Source: Antedon mediterranea (taxonomy: Eukaryota > Animalia > Echinodermata). From it: a stretch of 64,000 nt of DNA. Shown in pieces: positions 1-16,213 of the stretch. The stretch spans positions 14,198,001 through 14,262,000 of the forward strand of contig NC_092672.1 of the NCBI RefSeq assembly GCF_964355755.1. The letters are read 5' to 3'. Positions within the stretch are counted from its first letter, which is position 1, and every line of letters starts with the position of its first letter. The translations under genes and the position numbers were made by a program. The notes below the pieces were generated by a model, which was not told the origin of the DNA, did not search any database, and saw only the letters and a list, made by a program, of their open reading frames with translations.

Positions 1-1171
1 AGAGAAATTCCAATAACAAATTGTCATGATGCCTACAATAAGGTAAGACACAGTTATAGTAATACTAAATCTTATTTAGATGTTTTACTGTTATAATATA
101 GTTATGAAGTTCAGAATAAATTACTTTCTATATATACCAGACGGACTAATAATGGGATCAATAAGATATGAGACGGTTGTGCGAGTATACGCTGTACCAT
201 TTTAGGGGATCGCAACTACATATTTAGATTTGAAGTCGAATACGTTTAACTTTGCTATTTTATTAGGTTGTTTATGAATTCTCTCTAAGAGACCCATGTC
301 ATTAGCTGTAAAAGGCTGCCGCCCCAGACTATAAAACAAAAATAAATCACACTGGACATCATCAAATTATAATATAATTCAATAATTTTTGGTTCTGCCC
401 AGGTTTGGTGGGACGATTCCATCAGGGACAATTCGGCCCATGCTTGATGGAACAATTTGGCCCATTTGTAGGCAAACCAATGGTTGTTATTATGTAGGAC
501 TAGGCCTACAGTAGTGTCTATTTCTATTTGTAGTAGAATTCATTGAATGACATTTACAATTAGCCAATCATTTTTATATAATTGTTACTGTATTTTGTCA
601 TATCTAGGAGGTATTTTGATTATACATGTTACCACATTACACCCACAAAAATGCCTCCCTTGATTAAACTCCCTCCCAAAACCCCCCTGAACACACGCCC
701 CGGTGTGTTTATTCAAATATTAATGCGAAATCAGTTTTTAAAATGTTTTTACTAAGCAATGCCATGTTCAAACATTAGTAAGATGATATCCAATTTAGTT
801 TTAATTAAAAAGTAAAAAGTCTTACATTCCTTGTTTAAATAAATGATAAGATGATGCATTGTTTGCATTTCTCGCCATACAGGGAATAATTGTGCTGTTG
901 TAGCATAGCAAAAAGCTACACACCTTACTGTTGCTTTATTTATAAGATTGTGTAGGGAATAAAATACAAACTGTTTGTTTCTAGACACAAAATTCAGTTT
1001 GATTAGCAATATTGCTGAACAAAATAAAATGTTTTTCTTCCAGCAGCATGTATGTATGTACAGTAGTAACTATGTAAAACAGGACAGGTTCAATATCTAT
1101 TCCAGATATATTGTTTGAAGGTTTGCATGGCGAAATCCATGTATATTAGTTCTGAAAACAACGGTTGAGTT

Positions 1172-1216
1172 TCTCGACGTTTCGATCAATATGCTTTCAT
1201 CGTCCTCAGTCCGAGT
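1172..1216 (-). ncRNA. Degenerate minimal hammerhead-ribozyme motif (Penelope-like retroelement remnant)
   Basis: Minus strand reads CTGAGGA-cgat..atc-GAAACGTC: CUGANGA box, short stem II and palindromic ACGT stem III. Stem I is imperfect. Confidence 0.4.
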
Positions 1217-1433
1217 GAAAATGTTCCAGATATGTTTTTATCCTGAAATATGTTTTTATCCTGAAATATGTTTTTATAAATGAATAAATAAAAAATCTAA
1301 AAACATTTTGATCTAGTCTTAAATGTGCCTTATCTTGTCAGCAGTGTAATTAATTTCTTTATTGTTTTCTAATGATGTATACCTTTGTAAACATAATGTG
1401 CTTATATTAATTATGATTGTACGTTTTTTGTAG

Positions 1434-5304
<3,871 letters not shown>

Positions 5305-5513
5305 ATTCTTTGCAATGCTTCTTTGATTTGTTAACACATAAACTATAACCTAATAATGTTATTCATTCATACCACAATACTGGTATTTGTAAATAAAATA
5401 TTAATAATGATGATAAATGATTTTATAATATAATATCTAAAGACTGTATTTACAGTACACATGAATATTAGTATTGAAAATAAAATAAATGACATAAGCA
5501 GGCTATAGATTAA

Positions 5514-5917
5514 AGGCTTATTTACACTAGGACGATAACGATCGACGATAAATAGATAAGCATGCATTTTTCTTATATAAAACAAACTAATTTAGAAAGT
5601 TTTTCGTTCTAGAATTATAGAATACTCATTTATTCTGTCTTTGATAAAATAATATTTTGTGTAAAATCCAATCAAATGACGTCATGATCAATAAACAAAA
5701 AATATCGTTGTATTGGCACGATATTATTGCTCTTACTAATCATGACGTCATTTGATTGGACGTCTGAAAATATCATTTTCATCAAAGGAAGCATAGATTA
5801 GATGGTTCCTAAATAGTCATAGAATAAAAACTTTTTAGATTTCTTTTGTTTTATGTATGAGCAATGCATATTTGTTTATTTATCGTCGATCGTTATCGTC
5901 CTAGTGTAAATGGGCCT
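5514..5917. mobile_element. Near-fully palindromic PIF/Harbinger-type MITE
   Basis: TIR AGGCYYATTTACACTAGGACGATAACGATCGACGATAAATA at both ends. Self-complementarity extends to a centre near 5715, and the flanks are TAA/TTA. Confidence 0.8.
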
Positions 5918-6500
5918 TTACACACCATAAGTAAATCTGTAGCGAATGCGCAAGTAATTTTGTTTGTTGTTCAAGTTTACATTATTCCTTTAATAATATA
6001 ATGCGAGATATTTGGCTGAAGTTATGTTAGGTTGCCATTTGCTGTTCAGATCAACTTGATTGGCCCAATAATTAAGTTGATCTGAATATAATTTTATTAA
6101 TTTAATTTCCATTGTTAGTGTGTGTTATTAATTAAAACATGTACATGTGGGTCAGATATAATATTTTAATAAATTAAACAAATTTTGTTTTAAAATGCTT
6201 TGTACCGTATGATTATTTTTAAATTGTAGTCATTTCTCTGCAACAAACAAGAAAATTATAATGTTTGGTAACAAACTAAATGTTAGTGTAGGACACCCAC
6301 AAAAAATTTAGGTGAATTGACCTTTTCAATATTTCCATTTGATAACATCTGACATAAACAAACTTTCTCTTCAAACACTTTTTACCTGGTTCTCTAGACA
6401 CTAACCGTCACTAACATTAATAATTTTTAAAACTAGAACTAGTTACAAATGATTCCTAAAGCTAAACAGTGGTTATTACTGAGTTACAAATGATTCCTAA

Positions 6501-6921
6501 AGCTTGGTTCTTAATAGGACAACGCAAGTTTAACGCAAGTAATTTAACCAACTGATTATTCAAACTGTTGATTGTCATTGGCTGTGTTCGGAGGTAAAAT
6601 CAGTTACATGTGTAATTAGTGATCATTTGGACGATGAACAATTTACATGTGTAAACTAACAAAAAAATACTCAGCAGGGTCATATTTCATGCATCTCTTT
6701 ACACTATAAATCTTGCGGTTAATCAGCTTGCGGTTTAAGGTGTAATTGAAAAATCCACCTCATGAGGTGGATTTTTGAAACAGCTAGTTTATCTCAAAAT
6801 TTACACCACACGCAACCATTACAGTTTACACATGTAAATTTGTTCCGTCCGAACAGGCTCATTGGTCAACTCGCTTGTTTTGTACTTACTTCCTTGTGTT
6901 GAATCCAAGTGAAACCAAGCT
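6501..6921. mobile_element. Harbinger-like MITE with a second MITE (6580-6860) nested in it
   Basis: Outer TIR AGCTTGGTT/AACCAAGCT. Inner TIR GGCTGTGTTCGGA/TCCGAACAGGCTC with an ATT duplication. There is an inner perfect palindrome AAAAATCCACCTCATGAGGTGGATTTTT at about 6749-6776. Confidence 0.65.
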
Positions 6922-8453
6922 TTTAGGAAAATCGTTTAGGAAATGATTTAAACAATAGAAAAATGTAGATGATTCAACCATGAACATTGTACTGCAAGTT
7001 ATTATGACAAAATAAATTGATAATGAGTAAGAAATTACAGGGTATTAGTATAAAAAGAAACGGTTAAAATCTAAGTCATTTCAAAACTTTAATGAAACGT
7101 GTGATATTGTAAATACAGAATCAAATGAATTGCAATGTGACCACATAGTGTACTATTTCTTGTGTTCATTTTTAGTAGATTAACTTCCTTGTTTATCATC
7201 TTGTTATGATGACTGCAGTTTCTTGAATGACTAGTAAAAATAAAAATCAGTAAATAAGCAGTTTTAAAACATCTACTGAAATTGATCATTTAAATTGGAG
7301 AAAGGTAAATTTGTATTTTTATTTACCTGTTTAACCGTTACCTGGTTAACTTGCTTGGTTCTCTCAAATTCCTTGACCAATTCTGTATATGCATAGCTAC
7401 TCCATCCACGAGGCTGTTTTTTCCAATTCCATTTCTTGTTTTTCCTTTAGGTATAGGTTCAGCAGTTTCATAAATTAAAATACACATGCCTGGAATGGTC
7501 AGCCCTCTCAAAAAAAAGCATCAACGTAACCTGTTCCAAGTATATTGCAGTACAGTATTTTTATACCATTCAAACAGTTTTAAGATAGCTCCTTTTTCTT
7601 TGAAGTTTTTCTTTTACTAATCCAACACGGTTTCATAAATTCAATTTTCTTCAAATGTCTTTTTTACCATTCAAACGGCTTGCCCATCTATTAAAAAAAA
7701 TTATCACTCGTACTGCATTTCAAAATGCAATTCAAAGTTTCTTTTAAGGTGTGTGTGTACTGAAAAGCCTATGATTTGGAACGTTTTTGCCACTCTGCAA
7801 CTCCCCTCAAGCTATATATAATCCAATCATTGGTCACTTTAGAGACAACAGCAGACATAACATACTGTATCTTTGTATTTGCTTCCACATTTGTGGAAAA
7901 GACTAGGTATTGTTGTTGTATTAACTTATTCTGTACTTCCAAAGCACCTCATTGCAAATGAGTCTGTTTAATGGGTTCCTTGGCATCTCTATATTTTTAT
8001 TGTTTTTGATGTTTCTATTTGGTTAATTTAGGGTCAAGCATGTCTGGAATCATCTGCCAACTCCATCAACACCAACCTCTTCCCAAGAATATTTTAAAAA
8101 CATCTTTTTAAACAGGTACTAGAGCTCCAATTTTGTTCAATTAATAGAGTAACATTTAAACTCTTTCCCCAATCCTATATTGACAAATATCGTTGGTGTC
8201 TTTGTAACAGCTTTTCCAACTATTTTGTCATTTTAAACCGAACTCCATTTCAAAATGCTAGCCCAAATGCTGTTATTCTGTGTACTGAAAAGCCTGTGAG
8301 TAGGAAAATATACATTATTAGTATTTTACAGTGCATTTGAATTTTTAAACCAGAAAATGTTTTATTTGAAGTTAACAATTTTATACTAATTTATACTTGC
8401 CATAAATTTCCATTGTTATATTATTATATGGCTCCCTGTCAATTCCTGTTGAT

Positions 8454-11400
8454 TTACTGATCAGTTTGGATACAACAGCAACAGCAGGCCAATATTTTTA
8501 TCTGCCTCCACATTCGTCGTAAAAGACCAGGTCTCGTGGGGGTATTAGTGTTTGTGCCTGTACTGGCTGGAGATGCATCAACATCAGCTTGCCCTGAGTA
8601 AGTATCATCTGCAAATGTGACTCTACGATTATCACTGGACTGCCTTGAATAAAGAACAGTCACTCCACTGAAGCAATTGATTTTGAGTTTCTTGTGTTTT
8701 GAAATCTGATAAAGAATTTTAGTTTATGTAAAAGAATAAAAACATGACTTTACAATGAAATGTTGTGGGTTTGAGTGTGAAAATGAAGCACATTACATTG
8801 TGTAATATTTGACGGCCTACCTTTAAGATTGACTTAAGAGGTTTGACTTCTTTGCGGCATTCTTGCAGTTCAATCTCGTGCCACTCCTGATCATCCTCTA
8901 CAACCTCTGGTAAATTTAAATCCAGCTTTTTAATAGGCCTAGTCGTTGCCACTGATGGGATGCAGTATTTACTTGCTGTAATTTTGATTGAAACATTTTT
9001 ATTTCAGTAAATGTAAAATAAAAATATTTATATATAATAAATATTATTGTAGGCCTACGGTAGTTCAAGTAGGAAACAATGTAAAAAAAATATTAAAAGT
9101 ATTTTAATTATTAATTAAAAGTAGTATTAGATACGTCAATCATTTTTTATTGAATACTAAAAATATCCAGTTAATATTGTTGTGGTCATTCGAAAATGAA
9201 ATAGTAATTATAGCACTTTAAATTCCAACAAACCGTGTATTGTTCTGATTAAATTATCGACTTCTTCATCGCCTATTTCGATTGGATCAGTGCTATGGCC
9301 TGGTAGTACAGGTACGTTGTTTTGTACCTAAACAGAAGCAGAAATAGCTTGCATCATATATATATAGACACCAATACCAACAGCCTTTGACACTAAAACT
9401 GCTAAACAATCATGGTCTTTCAATTTAAAAAAGGTAATGAGAATAACGAAGCCTATATTACTATATAATTATTATTAATGTATCTTTAATAATTAAAGGC
9501 CTAACGTTAGTACAATCCTGTTCTCATATCATTCTTAAAGAATAAGTAAAAAGAGAATATTACAAGAACCTAGAGTGTATTTCTATGATGATAATATTAG
9601 ATGGATGAGTGAGCACTGTTCGCCCTGTGTATCAGTATCATAGAGGATGTCAAACTGTTCGCCCTGTGTATCAGTATCATAGAGGATGTCAAACTTACAT
9701 TTGTGTCTTCTGTTTCAGTGGTGGAGCTAATTGTTAAGACGGGCCATTCATCAGAATTATCATCACTTGTTTTTCCTTCAATACCAACAATCCATTCGCT
9801 ACTGCTGATCTCATCTAAATTCAATGTTATAAATCAATCAATCAAACTACAATTGACTATAATGCTTACAAGTTAAAGTATTTGCATTTACCTATCATCA
9901 TGTGTCTATGATGATAAGTTAACATTGTACACATTTATAATAACGATGGAAAGTGATTTTCAAGAACCGCTTTAATTAATAACTCACCTATTGTGCAATG
10001 ACTTTCATCACTTCTATCAGCACCTTCATCACTGCTATTACCACTTACACTACTGTTTGTGTGGTGACTATTGAGGATGTTGCAGGTGAAGCTGCTACTG
10101 CTAACAGCTCCTGTTGGAAATGTCATCTCAATGTTGGTATCACATTCTCCTTGCAATGGCTGGCTAGATGAGCAAACCAATGATGGCCAGGAGCCCTCAT
10201 CTGTTGACTGCCAATCGGAACAACTGTTCGATGGAAGTACATGAATGACCGTTTCTATGCTGTCAGAAGAAGACACCTCTGTGTTAGAGGTAGATTCACC
10301 GGACTCGGCTTGATTGCCATTCGACAAATTAACCTTCATATTAACAGGTGGAATTGTTGCAGCTTGACCATTGTCATCAGAAGCAGGTGGTTCTTGATTT
10401 TCAGATTGCACCTGTGCTGACACAGGTTCTTCATGGGCTTCATTCAGCTGTTCACTTAGTGCATCTGTGACTGTCGTTTCTTCTGGCTTTGGTGTAGCAG
10501 CAATGGGAGAAGATTTAGACAACCACTTTACTGAAGTGCTTGGAGGACTGCCGTTTTCATTCTGCCACTCACGAGAATCTTTAAATTAAACGTTTGCAAA
10601 GAAATGTTCACGTAATTAATTAATAATTATTTAAATAATAATATTTCCATTATTTATTATTATTTCCGAGTTCATCATTCTAAACCTAAGGAAAGACCTT
10701 CCCCTAAACCTTGCACATTATTAGGCCCAAGGAACGTAGGCATAGTGAATGATACAAAGCTCGCTCGGTACTGGTTCCACTCATCATGTTATTCTATCAA
10801 TATCACGTTCTCTACGTGCCCCTGATTATTAAATTAATTTATAATATGATATGATATCTCTAATTTAAATGTTGTATTTATTTTAGTAGATGTTTTTCTT
10901 TACGTCTTTTATATCTCTGACACATGTTAGACATGATAACTTACCTTCACTTTCAGTATCACTGCTGCTGCTACCACTGCTGCCACTTGGGATATTAATG
11001 CTCTTGCTTTCACCTCCCCTTGCAAATACCATGTGAATGCTGGTATTCCTTGGCACTCGCTTAAGAGATGACTGCGTAGGTGTTTCAGACCAAAATGATG
11101 GCCAGGAGTCATAATCAGTCTGCCAGTCACAATAATTTGATGGAACTACATGATCGACGGTTTCTATGTTTTCAGAAGAACCCTCTGTGTTAACGACGGT
11201 TGGTTCAGATTGTAAACTTTGTACATGGATAAGTTCTAGATTTTCATTAAGAGCAGATGCAGCAAATTCCTCGTCATGTGCTGTGGTTGCAGTTGAAAGA
11301 TGTTGATTAGTAGGTAAAAAAACTTCCACATCAGAAGGTGAATATTGTGCATTCTCTACAGATGATGTCACTGTTGCAGCTTGAGCATACTGAGCAACTT

Positions 11401-12557
11401 GTGTCGCAGTTGCAGGTTGGGCATTCTCGTCAACTTGTGTCACAGTTGCAGCTTGGGGAACAGACACGGCAACTGGTATCGCAGTTGCAGGTTGGGCATT
11501 CTCGGATACTGGTGTAACTGTTGCAGCTTGGGCATCCTCGACAACTGGTGTCGTAGTTGTAGATTGGGCATTCTCAGAAACCAGTGTCACTGTTGCAGCC
11601 TGGGCATCCTCGGCAACTGGTGTCGCAGTTGCAGATTGGGGAACAGAATCGTTTGTTGCTGCTGCTGCCTGGTTTGCAAATACATATGCTAATCCTTCTT
11701 CATAAGCATCACTCTGGGCTTCACTTGATCCACTAGTGATCGTCTTCGATTGTTCAGCCGCTGCTGTCTGGGATACGGGTTCAACTGGTTCGGGTGAACC
11801 ATTCACAACAACAGGGTTGTCATTTAGAGGAACATTGGACGAGTTTAGCACTGTTGAATTAATCAGATGACGGTTTTCATTCTGCCATCGAGAGACTACG
11901 GGTAATTAAAAACAATAATAAAGTTAATAGTTATGGAATTTTAAAAAGGTACTTAAGCGAATTCTTTCTCAAGTTGGGTAAAAAAAGTTATCAAAACCAT
12001 GTAATTAAAATGATTCATTTATTGTGAAGGTAATATCAGCTATGAAAAGACAATTGGGAGAAGTCAACATTATTTTAAAGATGTATAGTTTCTTTTTTTT
12101 TTAAATAAAAGTAAACACAATTCCAATAAGCAAGCTAAATCACAAAACCTTATCTTTTTATTTAAATAAATAACAATTAAGATCAGCATTTAAAAGTAAC
12201 ACATCCAAAATAATGCCAACTTTAAGTCAATGGCTACCAGATGTCTATGCGAGACGGTTATTTGAACCAGTACCAGTATCTCTGTTACACAGGAACATCG
12301 CGAATAAGGTGACCATGCGTGAGAGACTGGATTTGAAGCTGGATGTTTAATAGTGGTTTGGTGGAGTGGGAGAGAAGATGCATGTGCGCGTTGTTGTGAC
12401 GACTCTCGACCACCGGTCCTGTCCCGGTGATTTTTTACGGAAAAGAACTTCAATAAATCCTTTTCTTTTCTTTCTCAATATTATTACAGTATTACACTAA
12501 ATTTCCATTTTATGTTATATAATGTAGGCCCATGTTCTTACCTCGACGATGTGACAT
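8454..12557 (-). CDS. Unrecognised ~724-aa acidic S/T/A-rich, probably disordered protein with SILK + RVxF motifs and a C-terminal Cys5 cluster
   Basis: Seven exons join in frame through GT-AG introns (2175 nt): 12557-12542 (ATG TCA CAT CGT CGA G|gtaag), 11895-10945, 10578-9988, 9814-9699, 9327-9234, 8975-8821 and 8705-8454. The C-terminus reads KPLKSILK|ISKHKK...DNRRVTFADD...LLRRMWRQIKILACCCCCIQTDQ*. The first exon is the least certain. Confidence 0.75.
11370..11645 (-). repeat. Coding tandem repeat of ~42 nt (14 aa, AQ[AP]ATVTPV.EN-like)
   Basis: Repeated GTTGCAGCTTGGGCAT.CTCG.CAACT units within exon 2 of the orphan gene. Confidence 0.8.
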
Positions 12558-12773
12558 TTTTTCTTAGGATATAGTAAAAATATATAGAAAAAATCTCGAA
12601 TATTTGAGACACAATATTAAGAACCAACGCTTAGTTGAAAAACTAAAAATGATATGTTTGCGCGTGAATCTGTTGCACAGAAACAATCCATCTGTTACAT
12701 AGTAACATCGCGCATAAGATGACGCGTGGTGCGTTTTATAAATACACTGAGGGCGTATGATGCGCACAGACGG

Positions 12774-12811
12774 CAGAGCCATAATATTATTATATTTATA
12801 TAATGGCTCTG
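12774..12811. mobile_element. 38-bp CA..TG hairpin with a perfect 8-bp TSD (P-element-like footprint or micro-MITE)
   Basis: ACAGACGG-[CAGAGCCAT..ATGGCTCTG]-ACAGACGG. Confidence 0.6.
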
Positions 12812-14719
12812 ACAGACGGCATGCAGGGCCATAATATAAAGTCATAACTCTTATATCTGGCTCTGACGGACGAGCCACGATTTTCTACATTGTGGACAGC
12901 AGTGCAATATTGAAAATACAGTCGATTCTGAAACTTCTTGTGGATAATGTATCAGAATTTGATACCGTCCGCGGTAGCTTTTAGAATTAATTAACAAAAA
13001 TGTCAACAGCTCTCCAAAGTATTATGGAATTGTATATCCAGGGAGTTTAACAACTCTCTGTAGTATATCCACACTTGTTGATTGTTTAATGTTGGTTTCT
13101 TTCTGTTTACCTGTAAATTGAATAAATAAAAAAGATAATAAAATGAATGAATCTGCAGCACTAATTCAGCCCTTCCATCGCACAGAATCCAAGGTTTGCT
13201 GCTGCAATTCGGGTAAGGTTTAAAATATTCTCCCTCCTGTTTGTGTGATTGGAAGCCTCAGCGTGAATTTGGTCTTTACAGAAGTTTACGGATCTCGCCA
13301 GTTCCAGAATGAATTATTTAAATTAATAAGGATTATTCAACTAATTTTGACTAGTATCTTAATTTGGATGTAGGCCTATTTAATGAATTTTAAAATACTT
13401 TTTTTCAGCCAATACCTGCCGTTAATGTATGTGTTTTGAATATGTAAGCCTATAGGCCTACCTTATTATGAAAATACTACTACCTGAACTTATGACCAAT
13501 TACTTATCCTGAAAGAATTTCCCCTCTGGGACAGTGTCCAGCCTCCAAAGTCTGTTGATAGAGTCACGGCTAACTCCTTTTAGGCTACATTATCCATTAT
13601 CATTACTGCCCGGCGGGATGTACAAAATTCCCCCATCAGCAGCTTCAGATTCATAAGATTGCCATTTTACAAACTAGGCCTATACTGAGCTGTTTATTGG
13701 AGCCACTAGACAGAACTTTTCGCATTGATTCATTAATGGGATAAATAACACCATTTATGACATTTGTGTCTATTACGGAACCAGAAATTCCCATCACGTC
13801 TCTAAGATATAAGTATTTGAAGAAAAAAAAACCATCTTCTATTTTAATCAAATCTAACTTCTGACCAAGTGAATCTGATATTATCTTTAAGCTCAGATTT
13901 TGTATAAAGTTTAATAATGTTACTAATTAATGAAAATCGTTCGATCCATTTGCCTCATTACATAACCACTTATAGAAATTGACGTGCAGCTATAACATGG
14001 TTTGTCATTATAAACATCGTTACTTATAAAGAGGAATTTATTTGGTTTCGTATTCAATAGATCACAATTTAATTAATGCAATTCACTGAAGAAAGTTGAA
14101 CGAGTAAGCATTGGTTTCCTCCTATAGGCCTTAGCGAACATTTTTCTACATGATGAGGAATACCAACGGGTCGGACATCAAGAAAGCCAAAAGACAAGCA
14201 ATTGAATAATTTGGATTTGTTTTGTTAACATACTGTACATTCTTTGCTAACTGAGTCTCTACGTATTTGTCGTTATATAGTTTGTATACAAACAAAAATT
14301 TATGTTGGTGAGAACCCCATGTTGAAAAATGTACTGCTCTTTTAACGAGGCGGAGCCGAGTTGAAAACAGCAGTACATTTTTCATCGAATGAAATGTACA
14401 CTCCATCAACGAATATAAAACATTAATTATGTTTTATAACTAGTAGGCCTACTTTAAAAAAAATTAAATTATCCATCGTATATCATACGGGAAAAATGGC
14501 AAATAGGCCTACAATTAAGTTCTGTTACAATTTGAAATTAAACTATATGATTATTTCTAACGTAATTACGTTTTTACATGTTTTTCCATTGAGTTATAGG
14601 CCTTTTATACTGTGCCTCCTACACTGGGCCGGCAATTTTGGCATTCGATCCTTATTTTTGTATGATCGGAAAAATGTAGGTAGGCCTAATGGGTCTCTCC
14701 CGTATTCATTATTGCATAT

Positions 14720-15533
14720 TAGTACAGGAAAGATAAGCTCAGAATCAGTAAAAGGTTGACAAAATTGCAACACCACAATGCATTTCTATAAGGTCCCTAT
14801 ATGAACATACTAAAAGTCTAGAAAAATCATAGGGAGAACCCCTGGAAGTTCCGACAATATTATACCAGTAAAGGGTACCGTAGTTTTTAGTCACTTTTAA
14901 ATTGAAATTCCTTGAACAGCACTCAATGGGTTTTATATTAGGAAATATATTGTCTACATAATACTCCCGGACATGGCCAATCCTCTCAATTGGGGAGAGG
15001 AGGTTGGGGGGGGGGGCGGACAGACTCCCCTCACCCTTCTCATATGATCTCCCATCCCTATACTCCTCCCCGGCCGCTGGCACCACCAATGTTGTAATAT
15101 AATTATTGTTATAACAGTATACAAATGTAAATGAACTGATTTATTAGACACCGTAGGCCTAGTCATATGCAATAAGCATAGGACTGCGTTTTATATATTA
15201 TAATATTAAACATTTGTTTTGCGGCCATTTTCTAATTAACAGCACATAAAATAATGTGTGTATTGTACTTCAGATCTTCGAAACTGTAAAGAAATATATA
15301 AAGCATTGTAAAAACTGTTATAAAGTGGTAAATAGATCTATAATTTATGTTTTTTGTCCTTTTTTAGGCATTTTTGCCATTGGCGGTCATTTTGTTTTAA
15401 AAAAACCTATTTCCCCTACCTGGATTTTTCTAGACTTTTAGTATGTTCATATAGGGACCTTATAGAAATGCATTGTGATGAAATAAATTCTGTTGCAATT
15501 TTTTCAACCATATTTCATAGTTTTCCTGTACTA
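14720..15533. mobile_element. Non-autonomous Academ-like element
   Basis: TAGTACAGGAAA/TTTCCTGTACTA termini, ~120-bp imperfect TIRs sharing ATGCATTTCTATAAGGTCCCTATATGAACATACTAAAAGTCTAGAAAAATC, and a 3-bp TSD TAT. Confidence 0.7.
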
Positions 15534-16213
15534 TATTAATTTATAATACAATAATTCATAGATAATATAATTAGTTGAGGCAGGACATAGAAATGTATGT
15601 GCTGTATAAAAATATTGCACATACATTATTTAATAAGTTCTTTTTTTTTTTTTAACCCAGGCAATTTTCATGTTAAATATTATTCTAAAAATGTCCTTAA
15701 AAAGTATATATTATTATCTACCGTTCTTGTGAAATAGTGTTAAAAAACTATTTTTATACATACTGTAATATATTATAACATTGATGCTATGTATTTTCTT
15801 ATATTTTTTCAGTTATAAAGAGGTGAGTGAGAGGCATACTTTATAAATACAGAATATCGGTTTCTTTAAGTTGCTTACTAGTCTAATAAAAAAAACCCTA
15901 GAACTTGATATTTTAATTCAAATCTCATAATTCGCTTTAACATTCGTGACGTAAGCAAATGCAGTACTCAAAACCGCAAAAAATATAGTTCTTGAAATGC
16001 CTGGTAATACTATGAATAAATTTAAAATATTTATATATTTTTTTCGAAAAACTAAATGTGATTTATTTTCCAATATTGATTTTTTTAATGTGAAATGTTA
16101 TTTTTTAACAATTTTCAGCAAACTCTCTGTGTGCGATTCGCGGAAGGATACCACTCAATTTTGTTTCAGTGATCATCGTTTCCAAAACGTCGTAAAAAAG
16201 AGGTCGAGCAAGC

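Noticed and set aside
11381-11692. Cys-rich plus-strand ORF
   Set aside because: It is the antisense shadow of the Ala/Thr/Gln coding repeat.
12190-12453. 87-aa ORF as an extra exon of the orphan gene
   Set aside because: No acceptor gives an open frame from exon 1, while exon 1 splices in frame directly to 11895.
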